Shown here piece by piece: positions 38,352 through 46,952 of a stretch of DNA of 64,000 bases. The first letter of the stretch is position 1; every line of letters begins with the position of its first letter. Below the pieces are notes generated by a model, which ran no database searches, had not been told where the DNA came from, and saw nothing but the letters and a program-made list of their open reading frames with translations. The stretch comes from Clostridia bacterium (GTDB lineage Bacteria > Bacillota > Clostridia > TANB77 > CAG-508), in NCBI GenBank assembly GCA_017939755.1, contig JAGBAJ010000064.1:7023-71022 (forward strand), in the 5' to 3' direction. The position numbers and the translations under genes were made by a program.

Positions 38352-40736
38352 ATGAATAATCAAAAGCAACTAAAGGGGATATTTAAAACTATAATTTTTA
38401 TAGCTGTTTTACTAATACCAGTTATTTATAGTTTTTTCTATTTAAAATCATATTGGGATCCTTATGGACATTTAAGTGATATTAAAGTAGGAATTGTAAA
38501 TTTAGATAAAGGCATAGATGGTCAAAATAGAGGTAACGAGTTTGAGGAAGAGCTAAAAAAATCAGGAACATTTGATTTTGTTAGTGTTAAAAACTCAGAA
38601 GATGCAGCAAATGGATTAGGTGAAGATAAATATTATGCAGTTATAACAATTCCAGAGAATTTTTCAGAAACATTAAATAGTGCGTCATCAGAAAATAAAC
38701 AAATTTCAACAATTACATACACACCAAATAAGAGAAAGAATTATTTAGCTTCACAAATATTAAATAGTGCATTAAAAACAATAGAGCTTAATTTAGAATC
38801 AAAGGTAAGCAAGGAAGTAACAGCCACTCTTTCTAAAAGCTTGAAGGATGTTCCAGAAAATCTGCAAAAAATTGCAGATGGAGCTGGTCAAATTAACGAA
38901 GGAGCAATATCTTTAAATGAAGGATTACAAACGTTATCTGATGGGGTGAATACTTTAGATAGCAAATATACCGAATTTGATAATGGTATAAAAAATGCAA
39001 ATGAAGGAAGCAAAGAGCTATCAAATGGAATAAAACAGGTAAATGATGGGATTGATTATTTAGCATCTGGAGCTAATACTTTAGGTAGTGCCGTATCGCA
39101 AGTTAATAATGGTGTTGGAGCTCTTGCAAAAGAAGGTGGCGATGGAATAAACAAACTTACATCAGGAATTGATACATTGGATGTAGGGGCAAAATCTTTA
39201 AATGATGGAGTTAGCCAATATGTAAATGGAGCAGAAACTTTAGCCGAAGGACTAAATCAGTATATTACAGGAACAGAGCAGGTAGCAGCAGGAATAAATA
39301 CGTATGTTGATGGAGCAGAAAATTTAGCAAAAGGGACAAGCTCTTACATTGATGGAATGAGTAAAATTAACGACAACAAAACAATAGTGTTAAAAGCAGT
39401 AATTGCGGCTGCAGAGTCAAATCCAGAGCTTGCTGAGCTTGCAGCTCAATCACAAGCAATTTTAAATGCAGAAAATAATAGTGGATTGAATGAAAGTTTA
39501 GTAGCGTTAAAATCTGGGGCAAACAGCTTAATTGCGACAGATTCAACAGGCTTAACCGCAGGTGGAAAAATAAAATACGGAGCTAGTCAGTTGACTATGG
39601 CAGATAAAACTGGAATGTCAGCTGGACAAAAATTAAAGGCAGGAGCAAATCAATTAGTTGGAAAAGGCGAAGATGGAGTGTCTGCTGGAGATAAGCTAAA
39701 GGCAGGAGCTAAAACTTTAAGTAATGGAACGACAACATTAAAAAATGGTGCATCAAGTTTATATGAAATTACGAACGGAATAGGTACATTAAAGGCAGCT
39801 TTAAATCAAATTGATGATGGAACAACAAGTCTAGCCGACGGAATTGGAGCATTACAATTAGGAAGCTCTGCAGTAGGAAAAGGAGCAGAAACTTTATCTA
39901 ATGGAATACAAACTTTAAATGATAGTTCATCAATTGTAAAAGATTCATTAGAAAAACTAAGCTATGGTACTGAAACAGCAGTAGAAGGAAGCCGCCAATT
40001 AAAAGAAGGTACAGACACATTCAAGACGGAAATTCAAGAAGGATTGGATACTGCAAAAAAAGAAATAACAAAGGTAGAAGGATTAGATGAATATGTGCAA
40101 GACCCAATTAAAATAGAAGAGAAATCCTATGGTGAAGTTGACTCATATGGTGTGGCATTTGCTCCATTATTTATATCAATCGGTTTATGGGTAGGTGCAT
40201 TGATGTGTTATGTTGTACTATACTATGATCAGAAGCACAGATTTGGAATATTAGATCACGATACAAAGAAAAGTAGAATTATTCAAAATTGTATCTATAT
40301 GGCTATAGGTGCAATAATGGGTGCTATAACAGGCGTAATATTAAAAGTAGGATTAGGATATTCTGTTGAAAGTATGGGAATATATATAGTCCAATGTATG
40401 TTGACAGGCCTAGTGTTTATGAGTGTAATACAATTTTTAATAAGAAATTTCGGAGATGTTGGTAAATTTATAGCTTTAATAATTCTAGTATTGCAGCTAG
40501 CCGCATCAGGAGGAACATTCCCAGTTGAAACAATTGATAATAGTTTTAAAGGATTTACAGAATTATTACCAATGACATATACGATTAGAGCTTTAAGGGA
40601 CGCACTAGTTTCTACAGATCATAGCTTATTGGCAACAAATACATGGATATTAGTTGCAATTTTAATAGGCATATTTGTACTTGGAACTATATGTGAATTA
40701 ATAAAGGGAAAAGTAAAGAAAAGTAAAGAAGCATAA
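38352..40736 (+). CDS. YhgE/Pip domain-containing membrane protein
   Basis: N-terminal TM, a long extracellular region of repeated alpha-helical segments (LxxGxxxLxxG repeats) and a C-terminal block of about 5 TM helices. This is the phage-infection-protein architecture. Confidence 0.85.
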   Translation: MNNQKQLKGIFKTIIFIAVLLIPVIYSFFYLKSYWDPYGHLSDIKVGIVNLDKGIDGQNRGNEFEEELKKSGTFDFVSVKNSEDAANGLGEDKYYAVITIPENFSETLNSASSENKQISTITYTPNKRKNYLASQILNSALKTIELNLESKVSKEVTATLSKSLKDVPENLQKIADGAGQINEGAISLNEGLQTLSDGVNTLDSKYTEFDNGIKNANEGSKELSNGIKQVNDGIDYLASGANTLGSAVSQVNNGVGALAKEGGDGINKLTSGIDTLDVGAKSLNDGVSQYVNGAETLAEGLNQYITGTEQVAAGINTYVDGAENLAKGTSSYIDGMSKINDNKTIVLKAVIAAAESNPELAELAAQSQAILNAENNSGLNESLVALKSGANSLIATDSTGLTAGGKIKYGASQLTMADKTGMSAGQKLKAGANQLVGKGEDGVSAGDKLKAGAKTLSNGTTTLKNGASSLYEITNGIGTLKAALNQIDDGTTSLADGIGALQLGSSAVGKGAETLSNGIQTLNDSSSIVKDSLEKLSYGTETAVEGSRQLKEGTDTFKTEIQEGLDTAKKEITKVEGLDEYVQDPIKIEEKSYGEVDSYGVAFAPLFISIGLWVGALMCYVVLYYDQKHRFGILDHDTKKSRIIQNCIYMAIGAIMGAITGVILKVGLGYSVESMGIYIVQCMLTGLVFMSVIQFLIRNFGDVGKFIALIILVLQLAASGGTFPVETIDNSFKGFTELLPMTYTIRALRDALVSTDHSLLATNTWILVAILIGIFVLGTICELIKGKVKKSKEA

Positions 40737-40776
40737 AAGAATCGAGTGAATAGAGCTCAGAAATTAGAAAATCAAA

Positions 40777-40850
40777 GTTACAATTCACAGCCATATATAC
40801 ATACAAGGATTTCAAGATATAATAAATTTATATTAGCAGTGAATTGTAAC
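40777..40850. mobile_element. MITE family A, short copy A4
   Basis: TIRs gttacaattcacagc / gcagtgaattgtaac (14/15 complementary). Perfect 8-bp TSD AAATCAAA at 40769-40776 and 40851-40858. Confidence 0.85.
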
Positions 40851-41136
40851 AAATCAAAAGCAATAAACAAATCAAAATGGATGCCATTTTTTGACATGTA
40901 TATATAATTATTTTTACAATAATTATAAGAAAAATATGTGTTAAGAATTGGCATCTATTTTGACATTTTTAAATAAAAGATACATAATTGATGAAGAGAT
41001 TATGCTAAAATACATAAGCCCTGAAAACCTTGAAAAAAGGCGAATGTTAATATCAGTTGACAAAGTTCAATGCAGAGTTGGTAGAGCGCAACTAACAAAA
41101 AAGGTATAATTTTAATCAGAAAGGAAAGGTGTTAAA

Positions 41137-41802
41137 ATGAATATTGGAGAAAAATTATTTGAACTAAGAAAGGAAAAAAATCTGTCTCAAGAAGAAGTTG
41201 CAGAAAAATTAAATGTAACGAGGCAAACTGTATCAAAATGGGAAACAAATCAAAGCACACCAGATTTTGATAAAATTATACCATTATGTGAATTATTTGA
41301 AATAAGCACAGAGGAATTATTAACTGGAAATAAACAAGAAAAAATTAATGAAGAAGTAAAGGCAGAAGAAAAAACAGAAAAAATACTAACAAAAGAAGAA
41401 GTAAAACAGAAGTCTGCAGAAGTAGTAAGTACGTCAGTTTTTTTATATGTAGTATCAATTGCTTTTTTAATGGTAGCAATTCCTGTTTTTAGAATGAACC
41501 CAATTGTGGCTTCAGCAATTTTCTTATGCATAATAGCATGGGCTACAGCTAGAATTGTTAAACATTATATGTCCGTTCCTAAGTTTGAAAAAACGAAACA
41601 AGAGAAAAAAGAAGAAAAAATTATAAAAGAGGTTAATGGTATAATAGGATCCATTTGTACTGTTATATACTTTGTTGTTAGTTTCGCAACAATGGCGTGG
41701 CATATAACATGGATAATTTTTATAATCGATGGAATATTGTGCCAAATTGTAAAACTTTTCTTTATGCTTAATGAAAAGGAGGAAACAGATAATGAAGAAT
41801 AA
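41137..41802 (+). CDS. XRE-family HTH regulator fused to a membrane domain
   Basis: N-terminal HTH (LRKEKNLSQEEVAEKLNVTRQTVSKWETNQSTPD), a charged linker and 3-4 C-terminal TM helices. Confidence 0.88.
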   Translation: MNIGEKLFELRKEKNLSQEEVAEKLNVTRQTVSKWETNQSTPDFDKIIPLCELFEISTEELLTGNKQEKINEEVKAEEKTEKILTKEEVKQKSAEVVSTSVFLYVVSIAFLMVAIPVFRMNPIVASAIFLCIIAWATARIVKHYMSVPKFEKTKQEKKEEKIIKEVNGIIGSICTVIYFVVSFATMAWHITWIIFIIDGILCQIVKLFFMLNEKEETDNEE

Positions 41803-42580
41803 AGGGGTAATAGTAATAATGATTATACTTTTATCTTTTCTGTCCATAGGTTTGGCAGTGCTATTATTTTTTATGATAAATGGTAATTTTAAATTTGGAT
41901 TTAATATGGGAAAGAGAAGTGAAGAAGTAATATTTGAAGAATTTTATGAGGCAGATTCAATAAATAATATAGAAATTTTGTCATCAGCAGGAGATGTAAA
42001 GTTTGAAGAAAGTACAGATGGAAAGTTAAAAGTTATTGTATATGGTCAAAATGATGGAAAGTTAAAAGTTGACTTTTATGATAATAAATTAAAAGTGGAT
42101 TACTCTGAAAATAATAAAATCAATTTCTTTGGCATTAATTTTTATACAAATGATATAATAGTATATATTCCAAAGAGCTATGATAAGTCTATAAAAGTTG
42201 ATTTAGATTATGGTAATATTAACGTATTAGATTTAGAAAAAGCAACTATAGATATTAAGGCAGATTGTGGAGATGTACGCTTAGGAACAATAAAGAATGT
42301 TACAATAAAAAATGATTATGGAAATGTAGAAATAGGAGAAGTATTAAATAAATTAAACATTGATTCTGATTGTGGAGATATAAAAATAGAAAAAGTACAA
42401 CTACAAGAAGATTCAAAAATAAAATTAGATTTAGGAGACGTTAAAATCAGCGAAATTAATGATATATATGTCGATGCAAATGTTGATTTAGGAGAATGTA
42501 AAATTAATAGTAGTAATAGACATTCAGATGTTACATTAAAAATTGACTCTGATTGTGGAGATGTTAAAGTAGGAAATTAA
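41792..42580 (+). CDS. DUF4097-like beta-strand repeat protein (LiaG/adhesin-like)
   Basis: N-terminal TM followed by repeated D-x-GDV/I-K-I/V units (CGDVRLG, CGDIKIE, LGDVKIS, CGDVKVG). ATG at 41792 has SD aaggagg 9 nt upstream; the track starts at 41771. Confidence 0.8.
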   Translation: MKNKGVIVIMIILLSFLSIGLAVLLFFMINGNFKFGFNMGKRSEEVIFEEFYEADSINNIEILSSAGDVKFEESTDGKLKVIVYGQNDGKLKVDFYDNKLKVDYSENNKINFFGINFYTNDIIVYIPKSYDKSIKVDLDYGNINVLDLEKATIDIKADCGDVRLGTIKNVTIKNDYGNVEIGEVLNKLNIDSDCGDIKIEKVQLQEDSKIKLDLGDVKISEINDIYVDANVDLGECKINSSNRHSDVTLKIDSDCGDVKVGN

Positions 42581-42805
42581 ATACATAAGTGATTGTAATA
42601 GGCTTTACACTAAAAAGGTGGATTGTATATAATAACGGAAGGGAATGTTAGTTATAGTAAAATAAAGGAAAGTATTGCATATATAAAGAAACAAATTTAC
42701 GAGAAGTTTTATAAGAGCATAACCCAATATTATAACAATAAAAAGTGCAAACTACAATAGGTTGAGAAAAGAAAAAAAATTTTGTAGAAATATATGCAAA
42801 AAGTG

Positions 42806-42834
42806 TTGTTATGACTAATTTTATATGTTATGAT
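42806..42834 (+). promoter_or_regulatory. sigma-A-type promoter of the high-GC ORF
   Basis: TTGTTA - 17 nt - TATGAT. SD agggagg lies about 20 nt downstream. Confidence 0.5.
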
Positions 42835-42868
42835 TGCCATATCAACCGAGAAGGGAGGTATGCATCCA

Positions 42869-43174
42869 ATGGCAAAGCAGAAGAATAGGAGCGAAGGTAA
42901 AAATCCTAAGCTCAAGCCGGCAAATGCAAAAAGCGCACCAGACCCAATTAGAGTCAGAAGCACGCATGAGCAAGCCGACGCAATTCGTCAGAAAGCTTTG
43001 AAGGATGGAGCGGCTAGTGTTGCTACTATGGTCGTGGGTCCTAACCAGGTGGAGACCACTGCAGTGTTTGCAAAAAAGGCAGCTGCAAGCGTGTTTTCAA
43101 AATGGCTTCAGAGTTCTCGCAATGTTGAGCTTGTAGAAAATGCTACTGAAGGCGCAGCAAAGCCAACAGTATAA
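42869..43174 (+). CDS. hypothetical 101-aa Ala/Lys-rich protein of foreign composition (possible ribbon-helix-helix-like segment)
   Basis: The open frame lies in a ~340-bp patch of about 48% G+C (hand count) against <30% flanks. ATG at 42869 is 10 nt after GGGAGG. Codons are G/C-ending (AAG>AAA, GTG, AGC, CAG). IRVRSTHEQADAIRQKALKDG looks like a strand-helix motif. Confidence 0.6.
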   Translation: MAKQKNRSEGKNPKLKPANAKSAPDPIRVRSTHEQADAIRQKALKDGAASVATMVVGPNQVETTAVFAKKAAASVFSKWLQSSRNVELVENATEGAAKPTV

Positions 43175-43289
43175 GCATCTGCATGTTCAGAACAACGGTA
43201 AGACTCAGATGTTGACATTTCAATTAGTGACAAATATTGAAAAAGACCTAAGAGAAAAAAAGATAAGGTAGGTAAAATCAATCAAAGGG

Positions 43290-43322
43290 GAGTTCCAAGT
43301 TTCGCACAAGGGACTCTTTTTT
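43290..43322 (+). terminator. rho-independent terminator closing the high-GC transcription unit
   Basis: gagttcc / gggactc stem followed by T6. Confidence 0.65.
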
Positions 43323-43348
43323 GATGAAATATTTATAGTAAGATATGA

Positions 43349-43549
43349 TTTTTTATACATCAGGAAAGTCATACTGACTTTTCCTAATGTATAAAAAAGG
43401 TTTCGCGAAAACAGATGCACATCGATTAGCCGTGTACAACGAAGTTAGCTACGGATAATACATGAGCCTAACAAATGCACACAAAATTCATTTCATAAAT
43501 TTTGGCGCAGAACAAATTCACGGAAAATCGGAGATTTTCCGATTTGTTC
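43349..43549 (+). repeat. mosaic repeat family B, copy B4
   Basis: Same module order as B3 plus the CACACAAAATT..AATTTTGGCGC module. The terminal hairpin is GAACAAATTCACGGAAAATC..GATTTTCCGATTTGTTC. Abuts the stop codon of the minus-strand gene at 43550. Confidence 0.8.
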
Positions 43550-44614
43550 TTAAAATAGCCCAAGTATTTTTTCAGTAGAAAACTCATTTAGTTCGTATGT
43601 TGAATTGTAAATTTTTAATATATTGTCGTCATTACATTCAATTTCTTCAGAAAACTTCTGTACAATAAATATGCAATCTGTAAGTGATAATGAGTTCTTT
43701 TCAAGCCATTTACAGAAGAACATTGAATGTAAGGCAGCTACAGAAATAGCCATAAATTTTACTTTTGAAAGAGCATCTTCATCATAAACAGCATCTAAAA
43801 AGTATCTGTAGATAAAATATGTAGAAATATTTTCAAGGTATTTTTCAAGCTCGTGGGTTTCAACTATAAATTTACTAAATTCATTTTGATTTTCTTTTAT
43901 TATTTGCTTACAATCTTTTAAGTAGTTAGGCCAATTTTGGTCATTTGGTATAAGAGTTCGAAGAAAATCAAAAATAAAAGAGATATCTGATTTGGAATAG
44001 TTAGTAACCGAGAATATTTCTTCATTATCCATCATATTAAAATCAATATTTTGTTGTAAAGTGTGTGCATACCAAACAATATCTTTTATTCTTGAAAAAA
44101 TGTCTATTGATGTATCTGAAAGATATTTAAATATTTTTGCTCTAGCTATACGTAAGTAAGAATATAGCTCTTTGTTGTACTTACAATGTACGAAAGTATT
44201 TGTCTCTACTTTATATGTGTAAAATGGAGTTGACTCAGATAAAATAATTCTGGCAGCTTCTTCGCAATAAAGTCCAAGACCACATTCAATTACATCGTTA
44301 AAACACTGATAAAAACGCGGATGTTCACTACAAATTTGACACAAATGCTCTTCACCAAGATTTATATAAATATCACATAAATTTTTACTGTTTAAAAATG
44401 GACACCTACCATCAGGCTTTAAGATGAAATGTGAAGGCGGCGTAATTTCAATTCCTTTATGAAGCTTATCACCCAAAACACCGGAAACGGATTTATAATA
44501 TTTGATGGATTCTTCATCGATGTCGATTTCCCAACCAGCTGCACAGCAATTATTGTGACACCTATCTGCAATACATTTAAAATTTTTATAATAAGATGGA
44601 TAACATTTAATCAT
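43550..44614 (-). CDS. FliB-family Cys-rich protein (flagellin lysine-N-methylase-like)
   Basis: N-terminal Cys cluster FKCIADRCHNNCCAAGWEIDID and a second cluster RCPFLNSKNLCDIY...CQICSEHPRF. No flagellar genes are nearby. Confidence 0.75.
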   Translation of the reverse strand: MIKCYPSYYKNFKCIADRCHNNCCAAGWEIDIDEESIKYYKSVSGVLGDKLHKGIEITPPSHFILKPDGRCPFLNSKNLCDIYINLGEEHLCQICSEHPRFYQCFNDVIECGLGLYCEEAARIILSESTPFYTYKVETNTFVHCKYNKELYSYLRIARAKIFKYLSDTSIDIFSRIKDIVWYAHTLQQNIDFNMMDNEEIFSVTNYSKSDISFIFDFLRTLIPNDQNWPNYLKDCKQIIKENQNEFSKFIVETHELEKYLENISTYFIYRYFLDAVYDEDALSKVKFMAISVAALHSMFFCKWLEKNSLSLTDCIFIVQKFSEEIECNDDNILKIYNSTYELNEFSTEKILGLF

Positions 44615-44749
44615 ATAAAACCTTCTTTCATTTTTCCCTATTATATCATAAAAATATAATAAAATTTGCTTTTAAAGTACATAAAATAAAGCTTTCTTTT
44701 GTTGCATTTCTGATAATTATAAAATATTTAATATTTTTCTGTTAAGTAT

Positions 44750-44777
44750 TTGGAAAAAAGTAAATATATGATAGAAT
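44750..44777 (+). promoter_or_regulatory. candidate sigma-A promoter for cdd; the transcript would include repeat C1 as its 5' UTR
   Basis: TTGGAA - 16 nt - TAGAAT. Confidence 0.45.
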
Positions 44778-44794
44778 TATAGCACGAGGCGTAT

Positions 44795-44961
44795 GGAGGG
44801 AATTAGTTTGAAAATAATTACAATTTTGACAGCGTCAATATTCATTAAAAACGTGGTTACATACAGAAAGTATGCGTCCTTACCTTTTTAATGAACATTT
44901 CCTTGTCAAAATTTAATTCTTTCCAAACTATGTGTGCCTTTTAGAAAGGAATGAATTTTTT
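44795..44961 (+). repeat. structured repeat family C, copy C1 (5' UTR of cdd)
   Basis: Differs from C3 at about 5 positions over ~157 nt. A long interrupted hairpin is followed by an SD-masking helix, ending at the cdd ATG. Confidence 0.85.
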
Positions 44962-45348
44962 ATGAATGAAGAAATTAAATTAGCGCAAATGGCTAGGATG
45001 AATGCCTATGCACCAACTACAAATTATAAAGTTGGTGCCATTCTTAGAACAAAGACTGGGAAAATTTATACAGGTTGCAATGTAGAAAATAATGGAATTC
45101 AATCAATTTGTGCAGAGCGTGTTGCTTTTGTTAAAGCTATATCAGAAGGTGAGAAGGAGTTCGAATGTATAACAGTTGTTGGAGGACCAGCAGGAAAAAA
45201 GCCAAATAAAGAATGTGTTCCATGTGGATATTGTAGACAATTTATGAGCGAATTTGTCGATGAAGAATTTAGGATAAACACAGTAGAGGGAGATAGTCTA
45301 AGACAATACACAATGCAAGATTTATTACCATTTAGTTATAAGTTCTAA
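44962..45348 (+). CDS. cdd: cytidine deaminase
   Basis: Zinc motifs CAERVAF and PCGYCRQF. The true start is the ATG at 44962; the 10 upstream codons in the track (MCLLERNEFF) are repeat C1 sequence. Confidence 0.92.
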   Translation: MNEEIKLAQMARMNAYAPTTNYKVGAILRTKTGKIYTGCNVENNGIQSICAERVAFVKAISEGEKEFECITVVGGPAGKKPNKECVPCGYCRQFMSEFVDEEFRINTVEGDSLRQYTMQDLLPFSYKF

Positions 45349-45422
45349 ATAAAAAAGTATGTTATTTAGAATATCATGAGCAGCAAATTCAATTAACAAT
45401 GTATAGAAAGGTAAAGTAGCTT

Positions 45423-46028
45423 ATGAAGAAAGTAGTTTTTTTAGTATTAGCAACTATAATAATAATTACTGGAGTTATGTGTATATCATTAAAAAATGGA
45501 AATGTACAAACAACAGTTGGTCAACAAATAACGAATTCAAGTCCAATATATGAAGAGCCAATTATTGACAACGTAATTTCGACTAAGGCAAAAGAAATTC
45601 ATGACTATATTAGAGAGAATAATTATGGATATTGTACATATGATGAAAGATGTGAACACGAAGAAAAATGTGGACTAAATGCTACATTCGAAGCATCAAA
45701 AAAAGGACATCACAATACTTGCTGTGCAACATATGTTTCATGGGTATTACAAGAAACGGGGTATTTAACTAAACAAGAGCATATAGATAATTATTTGAAT
45801 GGAGCAAATAATTTAAAAAATTATCTAATAAAAAAAGGTTGGAAAGAAATAAATAATGAGGACATTATGCCAGGAGATATAATGTGTTATGATAGACATA
45901 TTGCAATATATGGAGGAAGAAGGAGGCAATATGATGCTGGAAATAAATTTTTGTTAGAAGTTGAGGCTCCATGTGAAATTAATGGGGGAATGAATACAAA
46001 AATAGTGCTGAGAGCACCAGATTTATAG
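45423..46028 (+). CDS. secreted hypothetical protein, possible papain-like (CHAP/NlpC-P60-type) hydrolase
   Basis: Signal/TM peptide, candidate nucleophile context HHNTCCATYVSWVLQ and a His context PGDIMCYDRHIAIYGG. Confidence 0.55.
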   Translation: MKKVVFLVLATIIIITGVMCISLKNGNVQTTVGQQITNSSPIYEEPIIDNVISTKAKEIHDYIRENNYGYCTYDERCEHEEKCGLNATFEASKKGHHNTCCATYVSWVLQETGYLTKQEHIDNYLNGANNLKNYLIKKGWKEINNEDIMPGDIMCYDRHIAIYGGRRRQYDAGNKFLLEVEAPCEINGGMNTKIVLRAPDL

Positions 46029-46133
46029 TTTAATTATACCTATAAAAAAATATATATTATTTTTATATTTTTTTTGACACAATATTACATTAAATGATAT
46101 AATCCATATATCAAACGAAAGGGGGAAAAAGAA

Positions 46134-46739
46134 ATGAGTTATTCATCATCAATTGACGTTGCAAAAGCATCATTGTCATCTACTATTACAATGGCAATAG
46201 TAATGCTTATTGTTTCTTATGTAGTTGAAGCAATAGCTTTTAGAGCTTGTATGAAGAAGGCTGGGGTTGAAGGATGGAAAGCATTTATTCCAGTATATAA
46301 CTTATATGTAATGTATAAAACTGTAGGATTAAATGGATTTCTTTCAGTGTTTAGAGCAATCTATATTATTGCTGAAATAATAATAGTAATAAGCACTATG
46401 TCTTTCATGGGCAAACTAGATGATTTGGTATCTGAAAGCAAGAAGGCTGAAAAGAGCATTATTTCTGCTATAGAAGTTTCAAATTCAGCTAAAAAAGTTG
46501 AAAAAGAAGTTGAAGAATTTACAGGAAACTTATTATCAGTTACAATACTTTCATATGTTGGAAGTATCGGTGCATTTATTGTAGGAATTTTCTTTGCAAT
46601 AAAGATGAGAACAGCATATAACTTACCAGGTGGATTCATTGCAGGTCTTATCATCGTTCCAGTAATTTTCTACTTTATAGTAGGATTCGGAAAATATGAA
46701 TACCAAGGTGCAAATGCTGATCCAGTTCAAAATGCATAA
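46134..46739 (+). CDS. DUF5684-like membrane protein
   Basis: Motif KKAGVEGWKAFIPVYNLYVMYKTVGL with 4 TM segments. Confidence 0.65.
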   Translation: MSYSSSIDVAKASLSSTITMAIVMLIVSYVVEAIAFRACMKKAGVEGWKAFIPVYNLYVMYKTVGLNGFLSVFRAIYIIAEIIIVISTMSFMGKLDDLVSESKKAEKSIISAIEVSNSAKKVEKEVEEFTGNLLSVTILSYVGSIGAFIVGIFFAIKMRTAYNLPGGFIAGLIIVPVIFYFIVGFGKYEYQGANADPVQNA

Positions 46740-46783
46740 ATATAATAAAAGAAAAATTATATTGAAAAAATATATACTTAAAA

Positions 46784-46820
46784 ATAGGCAAAGGTTTATT
46801 ATAATCTTTGCCTATTTTTC
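46784..46820 (+). terminator. rho-independent terminator
   Basis: ataggcaaag / ctttgcctat stem followed by TTTTT. Confidence 0.8.
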
Positions 46821-46823
46821 ATA

Positions 46824-46904
46824 TAATACATGCGCACGAACAATCATACGCGGGCTGAGCTCTATATTAAATAATTTGAGATAATAATCAGCCCACTTTT
46901 GTTC
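46824..46904 (+). repeat. mosaic repeat family B, partial copy B6
   Basis: TAATACATGCGCACGAAC, then hairpin gggctgag..tcagccc followed by ACTTTTGTTC, the same ending as B1. Confidence 0.55.
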
Positions 46905-46952
46905 TTTACTTTATTTACATAATATGGTATAATTTGGCGAGGAGTTGGTTAA

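Noticed and set aside
41066-41095. tRNA-like D-arm sequence gcagagttggtagagcgcaac upstream of the XRE gene, considered as a possible missing tRNA 5' half or T-box-like element.
   Set aside because: The D-stem does not pair (gcag/gagc). There is no acceptor strand and no anticodon arm, and it lies 21 kb from the tRNA-Met remnant. It is probably a chance match or a very old fragment.
42861-43200. The high-GC patch considered as a known structured RNA (RNase P RNA, tmRNA, SRP RNA, cobalamin riboswitch).
   Set aside because: I found none of the signature motifs I know: no GAGGAAAGTCC, no tRNA-like 3' end with TTCGA...CCA, and no SRP domain IV motif. The ACCACTG resembling a B12 box stands alone, with no downstream gene on that strand. 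A 101-codon open frame with SD, promoter and terminator favours a protein gene. This should still be tested with Rfam.
44808-44891. Possible 27-aa hydrophobic peptide (M)KIITILTASIFIKNVVTYRKYASLPF encoded inside repeat C1 (TTG start after GGAGG), and the same in C3 at 57114-57197. This could be a leader peptide or type I toxin.
   Set aside because: Copy C2 has an in-frame stop (TAA) at the equivalent position while keeping the RNA helices. Both differences between C1 and C3 inside the frame are nonsynonymous (V/A, S/P). Conservation therefore tracks structure rather than coding. Ribo-seq could still check this.
44932-44961. N-terminal extensions MCLLERNEFF (cdd) and MCHLERNGFF (57238-57267) given by the ORF track.
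   Set aside because: These near-identical codons belong to the family C repeat. The SD-like GAAAGGAAT lies within them, 8 nt before the second ATG, which is the plausible start.
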